Shown: positions 1-14,700 of the stretch, piece by piece
Layout: each line of letters begins with the position of its first letter
Position numbering within the stretch: position 1 is the stretch's first letter
Assembly (NCBI GenBank): GCA_030248215.1
Contig: JASANG010000424.1
Coordinates: 186,001 to 250,000, forward strand
Direction of reading: 5' to 3'
Length of the DNA stretch: 64,000 bases
Origin: Enoplolaimus lenunculus
Taxonomy: Eukaryota
Notes under the pieces: model-generated
The model's database searches: none
The model's input: only the letters and a program-made list of their open reading frames with translations
What the model was told of the DNA's origin: nothing
Made by a program: the position numbers and the translations under genes

Positions 1-470
1 CAAGATAACAACAATCTGATGAAAGCAATTAATGTAAATATTTATATATAGTTTGATTTTTGTAAAACTGAGAGATGTATGCATTGAGCTTACTATGTGT
101 CACCATCTAGCTTAAAATAAGAATTTGAAGATTAGGGTAGATAAACTTACAAAACGATGATCGAAACTATCGTAACACAAAGTAGATTATGTAGGCGCTT
201 GCAGTAAACGTACAAAATGGGTTTGTCTAAGTTTCTTCTATTGCATTTGGTTGATAATGAAACTTAAGTCATGAAATTACCTGTTCTTTTAATTCTGAAA
301 ATGTTATGGAATTTGGTATACAGACTTGGGTCAATGAACATAAAATTTCTCGTTTCATTCATCTTGGAACAGATAGGTAGATAAGTATTATTATCAATAA
401 TCCGCCTAATAGGCGTTCGCGAAGAAAAGTGTAGGGGAAGCTAATAATGGGTTACAGCTACTGTTTACAG

Positions 471-1564
471 ACATTTTCGTCGATAGCGTCAAAAACGTTA
501 GCTGGGCGACCGGATTATTCTTACGTTCTTGCTGATGCGTACGCAGTAATTGGCCGGTCACTTGGGCATGCGGAAAGATCTCAAGCACAAGTGATTGGTC
601 CAACTGCACAACGGCCTTCAGAAGTTGAACAAACAGCACAAGGTGATCGTATTGCTATTGGTGGACGTCATTATGCCATCAGCTATGGACGGTTGTATAC
701 GTATATAGCTGGATTGCTGCGTGGAATGCCTAACAATGTTGTTGTCCTTAATTCGTTGGGTAAGTGCGTTTTATCTTGAGAAAAGGTGTGCACTAATTGC
801 TTGGGGAAAGATGGAAATTTGGGCAGGAGTAGGATAGTTCGAGGACAGGTTGAATAAATATTGGTGAGATGGAATATTTTCTGGAAAGGTGGGGTGCAAC
901 ACTTAGCTGGGTATTTCAGGGAATACTTTGACGGATGTGTCATGTATTATGCACTTCTTTCTTTTGGCTTTTAAGATTTTTTTATTTTAGAGATGTTTAT
1001 TTTATTGGATTTGTTGGAAGAACTTGCTGAAGAAGTACGGTCACTTCCTGATGACAGTGATCGCACGAAGTATATCACGCAGTTGCTGGAAGCTAACGCA
1101 ACCGGTTCATTGAAACCAGGTAAGTACAGCATTGCGCTTTACACATGTTCGAAAACGATTACTTCTTCACTCAGTTGAGTATTCGGCTCATGACACATAT
1201 CAACCTGTTATCCCCGGAAAGCATGGAATTTTTCAAAATCATTTAAGACTGTTTGCAAAAGTAATTAATTTAACAGATTTTGCATTTGCCGGTAATGATT
1301 TTGTTCTGCATACAGTTGAGAATATTGAATAAAAGCAATGTAGTTTATTTTCTTCGGAAGACAATGATTATGGACTGTTTTATTGTTTTATTTGTGCTTG
1401 TAGTGATCTTTAAGTTGATTGCAGCACCTCGCCAAGTCACTACGCTCAGTTCAACTACAGAACAAGGCAAGCTATTTTTGGCGGAAGTCGATCTGACAAG
1501 TCTGAATCCGTTGAATATTCCTGTGAAATTATTGAAATTAACTGAAAGAACAAAATCGAAATGA
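471..1564 (+). CDS. 3' part of a multi-exon gene of unknown function (upstream exons not identified)
   Basis: Exons 471-759, 991-1119 and 1404-1564 have canonical acceptors (tttacag, ttttag, cttgtag) and gtaagt donors. They join in phase (G+AG, G+TG) into one frame TFSSIASKTLAGRPDY...LDLLEELAEEV...LLKLTERTKSK*. No family recognised. Confidence 0.65.
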
Positions 1565-2715
1565 TTAGTAGCTTTAATTTTATCCTTTTCTACCGCGAAC
1601 ACTTTCAATTATTTTTAAGCTGAGATTTGAACTAGGGATTATAGGATAGAAGCTGTGTATCATAACCGCTTGGCCATACTGGCTCGCGTGAGTTCTTTGC
1701 CTGGCCCGCGTGAGTTCTTTGCATCCTTCCTAGATTTTCCATTGAGCTCATGAGTAATTATTGTAAATAGGCGACTATTTCATATACTGGGTTTATACAG
1801 TTATATATATCGTTGTTTTATATAAGGAAAACGCAAAATGTCCATTTGTTTTAAAATGTTCAAAATGTAGTGTCTTCTAGCAACTAGCAACTCTAATGAA
1901 ATCCGTTCACTGATTGATTAAAGTAAAATTTTTGATTGTGTTGTTGCTTAACGATCATAATAGAAAGCGTTGAGCGGTTTAGGGGTGTTGAAGTTATATA
2001 GGTATCAGCATTTTTGACATTTGTAGCTAATGGTTTTAAAATGAAGTTTTAGACGTAATTAGTCTTCCCCGGTAATTCTCCCTTCTTTGATTTTAAAGTC
2101 TGCTTGATGAATTTATAAATTCAACAGGCAAATTTTTTTATTTTGATTTCTCAGTGCTGCTTTCAGCAGGTATTGATTCCGCATCAACAAACTAAGCGTT
2201 CATTTATGTTTGACGGAATTGCCATCTGGTGTAAACATTAACTTAAGAATGCACATCGAGCACACTAATTTTCTAATTTAGCCTAGGAGTACATTATCCT
2301 TGTAACGTTGCAGCAACAATAAGTTTGGTTCGATTCACTATCAAAGATATCAACTATCTTAAACTCATATCCTTCACAAAAGTGGAGTTCACTAACAAAA
2401 TAACGTTGAAAGATTCTTAGGAAAGTTTAGGTGCCGAGCAACGTGATTAAAATTAACTCATCAAGCGGAGTTTGGAGGCAATGATAACGTGCTAATGAGC
2501 TTGCTGAGGGGGGATTACGTCGTGGCTGGTGTAATTTTGCTGTAGCGATTAGCCACAACACCGGGACTGTGATAAATTCGTGTGCGCATACTAATGTGAT
2601 TCTAAGCCTATTTGGGCTACAAAGGTCTTTGAAATGTTTTTGAACCTGTTGCATGATGTTTCCTGAAATTTAGTTATGATTTCTAAATGGTAACCAAGAT
2701 TAAATGTAATAACCG

Positions 2716-5700
2716 ATGTCAAGGCATTATCAGGACTGGCAGGCGAAACATCGTCAAGATTTTATTCAACAAAGATCTCATCGCTCAACAGCAAATAGTG
2801 TGCAATCGGTGATTGGAAACTGTTCAGATAACAGATCGAGGCCTCGACTTCGAGCCCAAGAAGATAGTCGCAGCGGACAATGGGTGCGAAGTCAAGTAGC
2901 AGAGGTGAAATTTAAAGTATTCTGAGTTAAAATAGCGAATACGGGCCTTAATTGATGCAGGATATAGCACCAGATAGTAATAGGCATTGGCGAAAAACCA
3001 AATCTTGTGTTGGTTTATGACTTAAAATTACGTTTGGCTTCACGTTCGCGAACTCTTTATCATTATTATAACTGTGTACGGTGGAAGATTTGGTATTCAC
3101 CACTGGTGATACGGCGTTTTAATGACTGGATTTCAAACGAAGCTTAGATGGCTTTTAGCAGTTTCGTTTTTACTTTTAGTGAGCAAATAATGTTGATGCT
3201 ATGTATTTTCAAAAAGGAGACAATTATATTCGTAGTCCAGTTTTGGCATTCATATTTGCTTTTTTGCTTTTTGAGTATTTAAGACTTTTCAATCGCCATT
3301 CCCTGTTGTCTCGCTGCAATTTTAAACCCAATTCGAGTTTCTGGTGACGCTTCGTTTTTATTCATGGTCGTTACAAATTTGAATACGGGAGTTAATAGCC
3401 GAATTTGGAGAGATTTGCCAGGGTGGCAACAAAAATTTGAATTCAGATTCGGCAAAAATTGGCAGTTCGGATTTGTTTGTGAAGAGACCAAATCCTAAAG
3501 CCGAATCCAACAATGCCTGGCAATGTAATATGCTTACATTTTTAGACACTAAAAATTTTAAAAAATATGTAATTTGTTATATAAATCAATATTTTTTATT
3601 TTAGGTCAAGGGGCTCGAAATGTGCTATTAGCGAAAAAGTCAATTTTTGTCGGAATAATGATTGTTATTAGTTTTGCAGGTCGAAAAAATACAACGTTCG
3701 GATTCGGTAACTTAGCAGTAGATTCGGACTCGGTCACAACGTGGATTCGGTGCCACCCTGAAATGGGCACCAAAGCCGACAAAAGAATTAAAGTATTCCT
3801 TGGAATGTAAGGTAGAATTGTCGGATTGATAGCTATTAGTCAAGAAACCATTCTGGAACAGGACAAAAAATTTTATTAGGAATGCCTCTGTGATTGAATT
3901 ATTTTAGGCAAATCCGGCTTATGGTCGTATGCGTCGGCATGAGGAAACGTTTAGCGGGTCGTCAAATTCAAGGAAACGGTATTCTCCGGATCCCGAGTTT
4001 GGTAAGTTCGTGATTTGCTTAAATTTGTGCTAGAAATTTGTTTATTCAAGCGTAGTCGTCATAGGGCATGCGACTGAAAAATTAAAATCAGGAATTTTAA
4101 ATTAAATTTAGTTACATTTGAGTAATAAATTCAGTAGCGCAATTGAAATCATTAAATTTGGTGTAAAACACCTGTTATCGGGACGCAAGGGCATGCGACT
4201 GAAAAATGAAAATGATGAATTTACATGTATATTTGGTTAATGTTGTGTAATAAATTTAGTAGCGCAATTGGACCCATTAAGACTGGTGTAAAACAATTAT
4301 TATCGGGACGAATTTTATTGTATCTTGTAATTATAATATTGTAATTATAATATTACTACATAAAGATTAATTGATTTTAAATTTAGTTGTTTTATGGTGA
4401 GTTTTAGCTGGCGTTGGGCAACTTTATTATGAAAAAAATGACACTGACTATCACTACCGGCGGCCTAGCTCTCCGAAGTTTGCTAGAAAGAGCGATAATC
4501 AACATCAGAAGGATTCTAGACCCGAACAATCACGTGGAAGGTATGTATTCTTAAAATATTTTAAATAACAAAATATATGATGTCTGCTCCGAAAAGCTTA
4601 GTTTTCAATTGGAAATTAGCTAATTGCTGTTTAGCCTCGGAAGATAAGTTAGCTATGTACTTATCTTATGTTTTAGTTCACAGTCGAGTGAAAATGACGA
4701 TTACCATCGAGACAGACCTGTGGCGCATAATACTAATTACAATAGCAATAGCGATTACATTGATGCCCCGATTCGTGAGTTTTCGCCCAATTCTGGAAGT
4801 CGTGAACGTTTTGGATACCCGCTGTTAAGCTACGATGATGATGTGCCAGTTCACAATATTCCGTCTCTATTATCGATTCCGCCCCCCGCGGTTCCCCCAC
4901 GGCGACAAAAACCTCCACCTCTGTTGTCCCCATCGACGTTCAAGTCCGACGATCACGAAGCTGAGCCACCTGCCACCTATCAACATAATCCGACTGTTTC
5001 CCCAACGAAATTGCGCCGGCCCGTTCCTGAACTGTCAGGGGGTGGTAGCGCGAAGAAGTTTACGCTAGGCGATAAATTAGGAATTGCAAGTGGCGTCGTA
5101 GATACGGATAGTACGAATAATCGCGGTAGTATTGTACGATGTCATGAAACTGTAGATTTGAGGTTAGTTATTTAACGGCTGTCTTTAACAGTATTTATTG
5201 CCGAAAATTGATACAATTGTTGAGGATAGGGCTAATAATATAACAGCAGTAAAACTTCATTTTATCACAACATTGTGCGAAACCTGTAAACGATTTTAAT
5301 TCAGTGTTTTCATGACCCTTGAAGGGTTGTTAAACAAGGACGTAATACTGGAGGAGGTTTGTAAAGAATAGATTGTTGCCTTTAAATCAGACCTCACTAT
5401 TGTGCGAAACAATGCTATCGCCTTGCCGAATAACGGGCTAAAGTTAAATTGCAAAGTGATGGAGTTAGATTTCATTAACAAATTGATATTATCGTTATTG
5501 AGTTATATGTGCTACGTAGGGTGTTTAGTTCTGCATGCCGTATAGCTTGACCATTAAACGAGCGCAGGCATGGCAAGTTACATGCTCGTTTCATGATATC
5601 ACGCCACACTTACTAGATACTAATCCAGTGAGTTTTCCAATTTAAAAACATCGAGTAATGGTATTTTGTTTATCGCAAACAATGGTCAAACGCAAAATTA

Positions 5701-8700
5701 TAATCGAATGTTTTATTGTCGCAGAGAATATTTGAGACGATCTGCTGTTGGTAATAATATGGTGCCCAGTGTTCGAAGCATTGCAAGCGGTGGAAATATT
5801 GAAGCAAATACCCCGCATAATAATTCAAGGTAAAATTCATGTATTATTATTGTTTACACGAGAAAAGCATGTTTTATTTGGTGCAGCTGTCAGGTTACCG
5901 ACAGCTGCTGTATGCGCTGGTATCTTTGAAATTAGGGAAAACCCAGAATCAATAATCGCTCAAATATTGTAATAGACTAGTGTTAATTATTTCGTGTACC
6001 AGTTATTGAATGCCATTATAACAACGCTGTAGTCTTATATTGTTTTAAGCTCTACTAGTCAAACAAGTAAACAATTGTCCTTACCTGCGAATGAGACGGT
6101 AATTGTCGCTGCTTGCCAGGAAAAATCATCAGAACCCAGCTATGTTGTTGCGGATCCTGTTGGCTTTTCGGACCATTCGGTGCCACGAGATCCGTCGTCA
6201 CCGCCACCACCGGAACCATTTCCGCCAGCGCAACAACAACACCGCCAGCACCGGCCACTAATTTCGCCACAGCCATTGCTGCATAGGGATAACCTTGAAA
6301 TGACCACTGATAACAACTGCTCGGTGGGGATCGAAAGTGGCATTGCTGCAGAGATCATAGCAGCGGTTCGCGACAATTCAGACCAGCGCATACCGCTTTC
6401 GACAGCAGCAATGATGGCTCAGTCGTCGTCATTGTCGTCACATAGCGCTGCCGGCCGTCGACTGCCACCGACTAAAGTTGCTGTTCGCTTGGACGTTGCC
6501 AACAGCGGCCGTCGACTTGTTATTGCGCAACAACAGCAACAATCTAACGTGACGGTCGAACAATCAGCGGTAAGCACGCAATCGGTGACGACAGCTGTCG
6601 GCTGCGGGTTGCGGCGACAGTTGGATACGACTCCTACAGCGGCTGCTACGGAAACGACGGCAGCGGCGGCGACAGTTGACGCGGTAGTGTCCCCATCATC
6701 GTCGCCGTCGTTTGCAGCATCGCGATCAAGTCGCGACATTTCGTCGTCGCCGCCCCCACCTTCGCCTAATGGCGGTGACCACCGTTGTCACGTTGGAGAA
6801 GAAACGTTGAAGCGGTCGCCGCAGATTAGAAATAGTTGTGGCGACAGTGACAGTAGTTGTGACGGCGTTTTTAATAAGTAAGAAGATTTAGTAGTGTGAT
6901 GATATATTGTAGATTGACGTTTTCCTCGTATATCACTACAATGCGCCGTTCACAGTAATTTTGTCAATAATGTCACACAATGAATTAATTTTCAAAATGG
7001 CTCCTGGAACGTGCAGTGATAGACAATGGTTATTGGTAAGTTCTAAGGTTTGGCAGAAAAAGTTTGGTAGTCTTTGTAACGTTCACCGCAAATACCATGT
7101 TTTGATTCGTTTTAGCAATCCACGCCGGTACAGCGCGTCGTCACAAAATAGTACCAATGGCAGCAGCAACAGTATTCATCACGATAATAGCAATCATCGC
7201 AATAGTAAACGCAACAAAGCGAGGGCCGATAAACGACGTCGACAACGTAGCCGGCGTCGCCGTCGTCGGAGCTCGCGTTTATCCGCCGACAGAAGTGGAA
7301 CGCGGTCGCCAGAAGATCGCCCTGGCGGTCGACGCCCCAAGCAGCGAAAACAGGGTTCGACGATGACGCCGTCGCATATCGATACCAGTAAGCGCCGTCA
7401 CCGGCGTCGACGCTCGACGAGTCGTCGACGATCGACAAATCGTCGCGGCAACTACGATTGCGACCCTGGACGACGCCGAAGGATGTCGTCTTGGTCGTCG
7501 TCGCAATCGGCAACGAGCGATGCGACGTTTGTGTCTGGAGAGGTGACTCGAAGTGGGTCTAAACGAGCGTCTACACAGGTATCTGGAGAATTGTCTTATG
7601 AAACGTCGCGAAGAATGTCTCAAAGAGTGTCGTCTCGTGCGGCATCCCGCGAGGCGTCTTCGTTGACGTTGCAGACAGAACCGCCGATGGACCGGCCAGG
7701 AAAGCGGCGACATCGACATGAACAACGACGCACAGGCAACGTTACTGTAAAATCAGTGGTCCAGTTGCCCAAAGATGCTGTGACGCCGCTCGACGTAGTA
7801 CGAATGAAGCTACGCGAACCATCACGACAGCCGACACCACAAAAACCAAAGATACTGAAGCAGGAACAGAAACGTGCAGAGCGGAGGGGTGAACACAACC
7901 ACGGAGTGGATGAAGACGTTTCTTGTGTTAAGAAGCCAGCGATAGATAAAAGGTGAGATTGCCAAGGTAGGCTTAATGTAGGGCGGTCTTAGGTGGGAAG
8001 GCGCCCCCTCTCAAATGTTTAATATACAGCTGATTTTCAGAAGCACAAATGAAAAAATTACTGGTCACAGTTGATGTACAAAAACATAAAGAAAGACCTC
8101 CCCACATTTCAAAAATATCTGGGACTGCCGGTGGCTAGCGGTTCAGCGCATTTTCATCTTTAAAATTTGGTATCAGATGCCGAATTTAAAATGTTTCGAT
8201 TGAGTATTGGTTGTTTACGGTGTTATAGTAGTTTTCTAGTCCAGGCTTCTTGAAATTTGTATGGCGTTTGAAAGCGGTATCATACATAACATTTAATTTT
8301 GTTTGAAGATCAAACATTGCGGAACTGTTGGAATTTTTTAGCTCTATTTGCTCGCGCAGCTAGCTGTGTGACGATTCTTTGTTGTCTTTGTACGCTTGTC
8401 TATTTATTGATATGTTTGTATCTTATTTATTTTTATTGGTTTGTTTTGCTTTAGATCAGACCCGTCACATATTAAATGGCTTCATGACCGTTGGTCCACT
8501 TATGATCGCTTCGAATTAGAAACGACATTTGGTGCTAAAGTTGCTAAACAGATGTTTGACGCAACTTCCGTTTCGGCTTCTGGTCAACCACACGAGTCTA
8601 CTGCCGCTGAAGATGGACCGGTAATGGCGGCTTGCGGAGGTATCAAACTGAGCCGTGCAGTTCACGAGTATGGTGATGGCTTTGACGAGCCTTCTTTAGC

Positions 8701-11700
8701 ACCATCGCCAACGTCAGCGAGCGTAAAACCGAGTAGACACTGTCTGGACGGCGAGGCTGGACGAAAGTAAACATGAGCGATTGGTTTTCATTTATTTCTT
8801 ATTTCGTGATTTGGACTTGCGTGAAATCACGACAAGACCTATCTAACATTAAAATGTATAATGATTTGGTGTCCAGGAAGAATCAGGTTCCACTATATTT
8901 TCAATTTTTTTATCCGATAGTCCGGGGTTCGAATCCTAGTTTGGAGTCGAAAGTTTAATGTTAATTGTATATTTTATCAAACGGTTTCTTTGATTATGTT
9001 TTTGGCTAATTGTCATCTAAAAATTCTTGTAAAAATGCTAGTTCAGCTCGATCGGCGTTACATTATGGAAAATATATTAAATGCTTCGCTTATGCTCCAA
9101 AAAGCAAATTACCCGGCTTAACAATTTGTGCTAAGACATATACTTTATGGAAGTATAATAATTCTTGCAGAGGCCCTCATAAATCCGCTGATAAATACGG
9201 CGAGGTTTACAGTGATGCTCTTGTCGAATCATCTTCGCAACGGGATAAGACAATCTGTCGGATGAACAGGAGTACACTTTTGCCAGATGGCAGCTCAGCT
9301 AATGCCCCTTTACCTAGGCAAGCAAAAGGAGGTGGATATTGTGGCATTGAGGCTGAAACCAATGGATTCTCGAGTCCGACATCTGCACCGGTGTCATCCC
9401 AAGCCCAACCTGGACAGTCGGCCTATAATCGCTTGATGAGCTTTAAAGAGTTCTTGATGTCGTTGCCGAATGATACAGAAGATCAGGATACGGTGATCGC
9501 AAAGTATAACGAGTATAAGGTTAGTGAAAAGAGATGTGATATCTAGTCGAGCTTTGAGCATATAGAGACATTTTATTATCAGTAGTGATGTGCCGATCCC
9601 AAATATTTACCTATACCGATTCTTATTTTGATATTTTGCCAGTGCCGATACCGATGCGCATGCCGATTTCAATTTTGAAACGTTATGCTTCGTGAACCAT
9701 TAGGATTACTACATTACATTATTATAAACGGCAAGACATAACCCCTGACAACTATAAATATGGTTCAAATTTTATTAAACAGCTCATTTCAATTAATTTT
9801 TTGAAACACAAACGCAGGAGACATAACAGTTTCCTGATTAGACTCACTGATATACGACAGCGAAAGAAATTGATAGCATTTTAACTCACTGCTAAGTGCA
9901 AAAAGTATCGGCAATGAGTCAGCAAAGTTTTCGCAGTGCCGATGCCAATTATTTAAGCTAATAGGTAGCACATTCACTGTTGAGTTGGCACCGCTCCATC
10001 CAGTTTGCATCTTACCCCCATTAGCGAAACCCAAAACCGGGGAAGTTTCCACCCGCCACAAAAAATTCGTTTTTATGGCGGGCTGCTACCCCCTGAACCC
10101 CTACGATTTGAAAGTACACTAAACAAGATGGGTCGCTACCACCCCCCATGTCGGCACTAAGCGCTTCTCATACTTACGCGCCAAAACATTTCAAAACTAT
10201 TTCATTTATTTTAGCTCTTTCAACAATGAAATGTTTAGTGCAGCCCCCCCCCCCCCACATTTGCGTGTTAGCGTGGGGACTCTACAAAAGTGCCATGTTT
10301 CGTAGCTGGATGATGTCAATCCCGTATGCTATTCATCTCTACCGATATTTCATGGATCATTTATAGTATAGCGTTTGCTTTTCGGTCTACTTGTCATCCT
10401 GTTTTTTCCGTTTCAGAGCCGCATTCGACGCGAGCAAGCATCTGCGTTTTTCGATGCCCACAAAGATGAAGAATGGTTTAAGCGACGATATCATCCAGTG
10501 GCAAAGGCTGTAGCAGCAAATAAACGCACTGTTGACGTTAGACAACGACTTGATGTATTTATGCAGTTGCTCGTCCATGGTTGGATTGAGACCCCGTTGG
10601 AGTATACTGAGTCACGGTGAGTGTGAGAGGCCCTGGATATTAGCTAGGAGCAGACCCGTAGCCAGCTCAGCGAACTAGTAGGGTGGCTAACATTTTTCAG
10701 GAGTGACATGCAAGGATTTCAGATGACTACAACCAAGGTTGCGGTTTAGATAGGGGTGGTTAAGCTCATTGACCCCTCTGGCTGCGGGCCCGGCTCGGCG
10801 ATGGGCGACTGTAGGCATTCAACAGAGTTCATGTTTTGGTTTTAATTTGAAGTAAAATGAGTTCATTTACTCGTATACAGCCGATGTTCTGATATAGCTA
10901 AGTCGATTTATGGGCAAATTTCATGTTTTGCAACATTTATATTTTTTAGTTTTAAATCTTTTGGAATTTGTAATGTTTGGAATTTTTATTTTTAACTATT
11001 TTAATGTTTTATAGTTTTTTTAAGTTTTGTCTGCTAGTTTTTAGACGGATTCGGCAAACGCTGGATGCAGCAATGGTTCTTATGGAAGGCGGAACGGCGA
11101 CCGATTTGTCGTTTTTGTGTGTCGAAGATTACGGCGATGAAGAGAAGCAGGAAGAGATATGGGAGCGTGAGCAAGAGGCTAGGATACGGCGACAACAGCC
11201 CATGACCGAAGGTAAAGTTGCTATTTTGGTCCATACTCCATTCCTGAGAATAGAGTTTAGTTATATGTATGTAACAAAAAATTGATTTAAGTTTGTTTTT
11301 ACTTTTCCTGATGGCTAATTGCGTACCGTTTCTGTTTTGCAAATGGGTGGGTATAAATTGGTATTGTAATTATATTAGCTAGGGTTTTTAAAAGATTTTG
11401 TTTTTGTATAATTTTAAGAATACAGTGTGAACCCACAGAAGCAAGCACCTTTACAGCCAACTGCAATTGATTTAGAAATTATGCAGCATGCAAAAGATTA
11501 CAGGTAAGCGAACAACGTTTTTGAATATGACGGATATTTCGAATGTCAGTCATATATCTGTTATTCTAGTTATTGCAACTGTTTAAAGTCTTAATCTTTG
11601 GCGACGTATATCTGGCTTCTGTATTTTGTATTCTCTTGTACCATAGTGATGGCAACCATAACCAACTGGCAGTAGGCGCTACACACCTTTAAAAATCCGT

Positions 11701-14700
11701 GACGCTTGTCAGGTACAGTAAGAAATCGGTCGTCTTGGCCACATCAGCTTAGTGGTAATTTGTTTTTAGTTTCTAAAAAATTTTCTTTTTATTTTTTTAG
11801 TTATTTCATTCGCCAGAAGACTGGTCTACTCGATGAGCCGGATGAAATGCCACCACCAAAGGAGTGCCGTGGTGCTGTTGTCCAGGTGTGTATGGAGATT
11901 TTGCACTGGGCGTATATGTAACAATATGTAAAACGCTGATCACCTGTATGTGTACTGCTCGTATATTGCTCATATATGCTTTTTAAGGGAAAGGGCTAAG
12001 TTGCTCATAGCGGATTTGAATAAAACTGAAAAATTGTTGAAACAGAAACATAATTATAATTTTGAAGCGTTCCGCACTAATGTCTGAAGTGTAATTTTTG
12101 AGACGTATGCACGGCGCAACAAACGAGTTTTAATCCAGATCTGTCAATTTATGTGCCGTAGTTATTGAATAACGAAAAGGTTGTTATAAAGTTGTAGCCC
12201 AAGCCGTAATTCATTCCAAAGGCGAACTGGATTATAGTGCAATGTAAAGGTGCGGCTTAAACTAACCCAGAAGGGAATACTGCTGTTTGAACAAGCACCA
12301 GTATACCATGTTTTAAATCTCATATGTTAAATGACAATTTTAGGGATCAAAAAGCGGGTCAAACGCGGCTTCAACCTATCGTGTAATGGTGCATAAAACT
12401 CGTGCCGTATTAATTACAAACATTCCACCTGATGTTCCTCTGGACGAATTAAATACACTTTGTGCGCGCGTTCATGGCGCATTTTTGCGTGCATCACTTT
12501 GCGCGCCAAATTATAGCCGCGCGCCGCCAATAACCGCGCAATCTGCGCTTGCGAGCTATTGGCATTCGGCGCCGCTGTCGAAAATACTCGATAAGTTACG
12601 CTCGTTGCGATTGCGCGGTAGATATCTGGCGGCACGTGAATTTGATTTGCCAAAAGAGAAACGTGTCAAAGGGGTCGATGGGATTGTAGGTAAGCGTGTG
12701 GGAGTACTGCATGCAGGTGCGTTAGGATTTTATAAGGGTTATGTTCTGTAAAAAATTTTGTAGCGGGACTGGATTAGAAGCGGACATGTGGTGTGAGATC
12801 TGTAATTTCTTTCCTGGCTGAGCTCTGCAAAGTGTTTGCGTCTCTCATATAGTTGCATTACGGTCCTTAGTCTTACCAGCCCGGTTGTATGTAAAAGCAT
12901 GTGTAAAAGCTGTGAAACTCAAGTATTCTAATGATTACAACATTCTGAAGTAAATCGCAATTTGTGTGTTTTTGATGTTACTACTTGTGTTGTGTTTTGT
13001 TTTAGGCGATAAATCAATCGTTATACGCGATATTCAAATGGCAAAATCACTGATCAATTTTCTAGATAAGAAGCATAATTTGTGGATTATTGGGGATGGT
13101 TCTGGTAATGAGACTGGGCCGCAGGTATCACAGGCGACAAGCGCCCAAGCAGGAAAGATTTCTATGCACGGACAGGTAGCTACCGATCAAGAGGAAGAAG
13201 AGGGCGAAGCTTGTGAGAGTGCAATGCCTATGGTTACTCCGGAACCGGCAGCTGGAAATCATGGTGATGGTTTAATATTGAAGGTAAAGAGTTTTGTTTT
13301 TAGAATATGTAGCACATCGGCCAATTAAAAGAAATTCTGAAAGATGTGGTCTGATTTGAAATTCCAAATATAGTAGCATGCTAAATTTAATTAAAAAATA
13401 TTCGTAAATCTCAAAGTTCACCGTCTAAAACTTTTAACAAATCCACTCTTATCACCAACCGGGGACAGGGGCGCTATACATATTTGGGAATACGGGCAAA
13501 CATTTGTGTTGCCAAAGCTAGTAAATATGTTATTAATATGACGTACAGTCACATACAGAAATTAGTAAGTGCGAGGCAATCGCGACTGTTACATCTTCAA
13601 TCAAACTGTTTTTTCGTCGTTCAGCCGCCAGAACCGCTGCCTCGTGCGTGTGAAATGCAAAATCCGTTGATGCTAAACTTAGACAGTGTTGTCGAACGAA
13701 ACATGAAACAAATTATGGCAGAAGAAGCTACGAAACTTGCTACCGCAGCTCAGTTTGCCACAGAAACTGACAATCCTCTACTTCTGTCTGTTGTTTCCAG
13801 TTCTGAAGTCTCTGCAGTATCCCAAAATCGATCATCTATAATTCCTCTAGCGACGGGTCATCGTCTCCCAGATAATTATCAAGATCGATCATCTGTCTCC
13901 ATTGCAACGTGTGATGGTATCTATGGCATTGGCGTGCCAACGTCTAATTGTCAAGATCCATCATCTATCTCCATGACAACAGGCGAGCATTGCTTTGGCA
14001 ACTATGACGCAACGTTGGGTGGCGGCGTTGGTGTGGATCGCGATGAACAAATGACGAAAATATTAGACCGGCTGATTTTGTATCTTCGAATCGTTCATTC
14101 GATTGATTTTTACGGTGCCAAGTTTTACCCGACTGAGCACTGTGAGCCCCGTCGGATTGGAGTGATTACTATGCGGGATAAAGCGCTACTACACGCGACT
14201 CCAAATAATATTAACAAGGTGAGCTGAAAAGCTGGATTTATTTACTGGATAAACCGAATGGCCTCTCTATTTTGCTGGGCTATATGGGTGTACTGATCGC
14301 AATAGAGGTTCCGTACAGATGAAAGAGGTACCGACGTGATGTACGAAAGTTTTTGGGAAGCTTACTGCATAACGTAAGCTGTTATTGTCTTGAAGGCACG
14401 TTCATTGATGACTCATCGCAGTTTATAGGTTCATATTGATGGGATTCGAGAAATGTATATTGTTGGCTGGCTGAAAAAGCCAACCAGACTTGTATATACT
14501 GTGTGCTACTGATCGCTGTAGTGATGGTTACGCGTCGGACTGAAGAAAAATACGCGTTTAGATAACACTCTATGTTGAAGGGTTTCATGTAATAAATGTA
14601 GCAGCTGTTCATTGTTTTTTGATGATATTTATTTAATCCTCATCCATTTATTTATTGTATTTTTGTTTTAGCATATTACCGGATTTGAACAACGTATGAA

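Noticed and set aside
6055..7898. Minus-strand and alternate-frame ORFs over the ARS2-like exons
   Set aside because: Shadows of GC-rich low-complexity coding exons; splice signals support only the + frame
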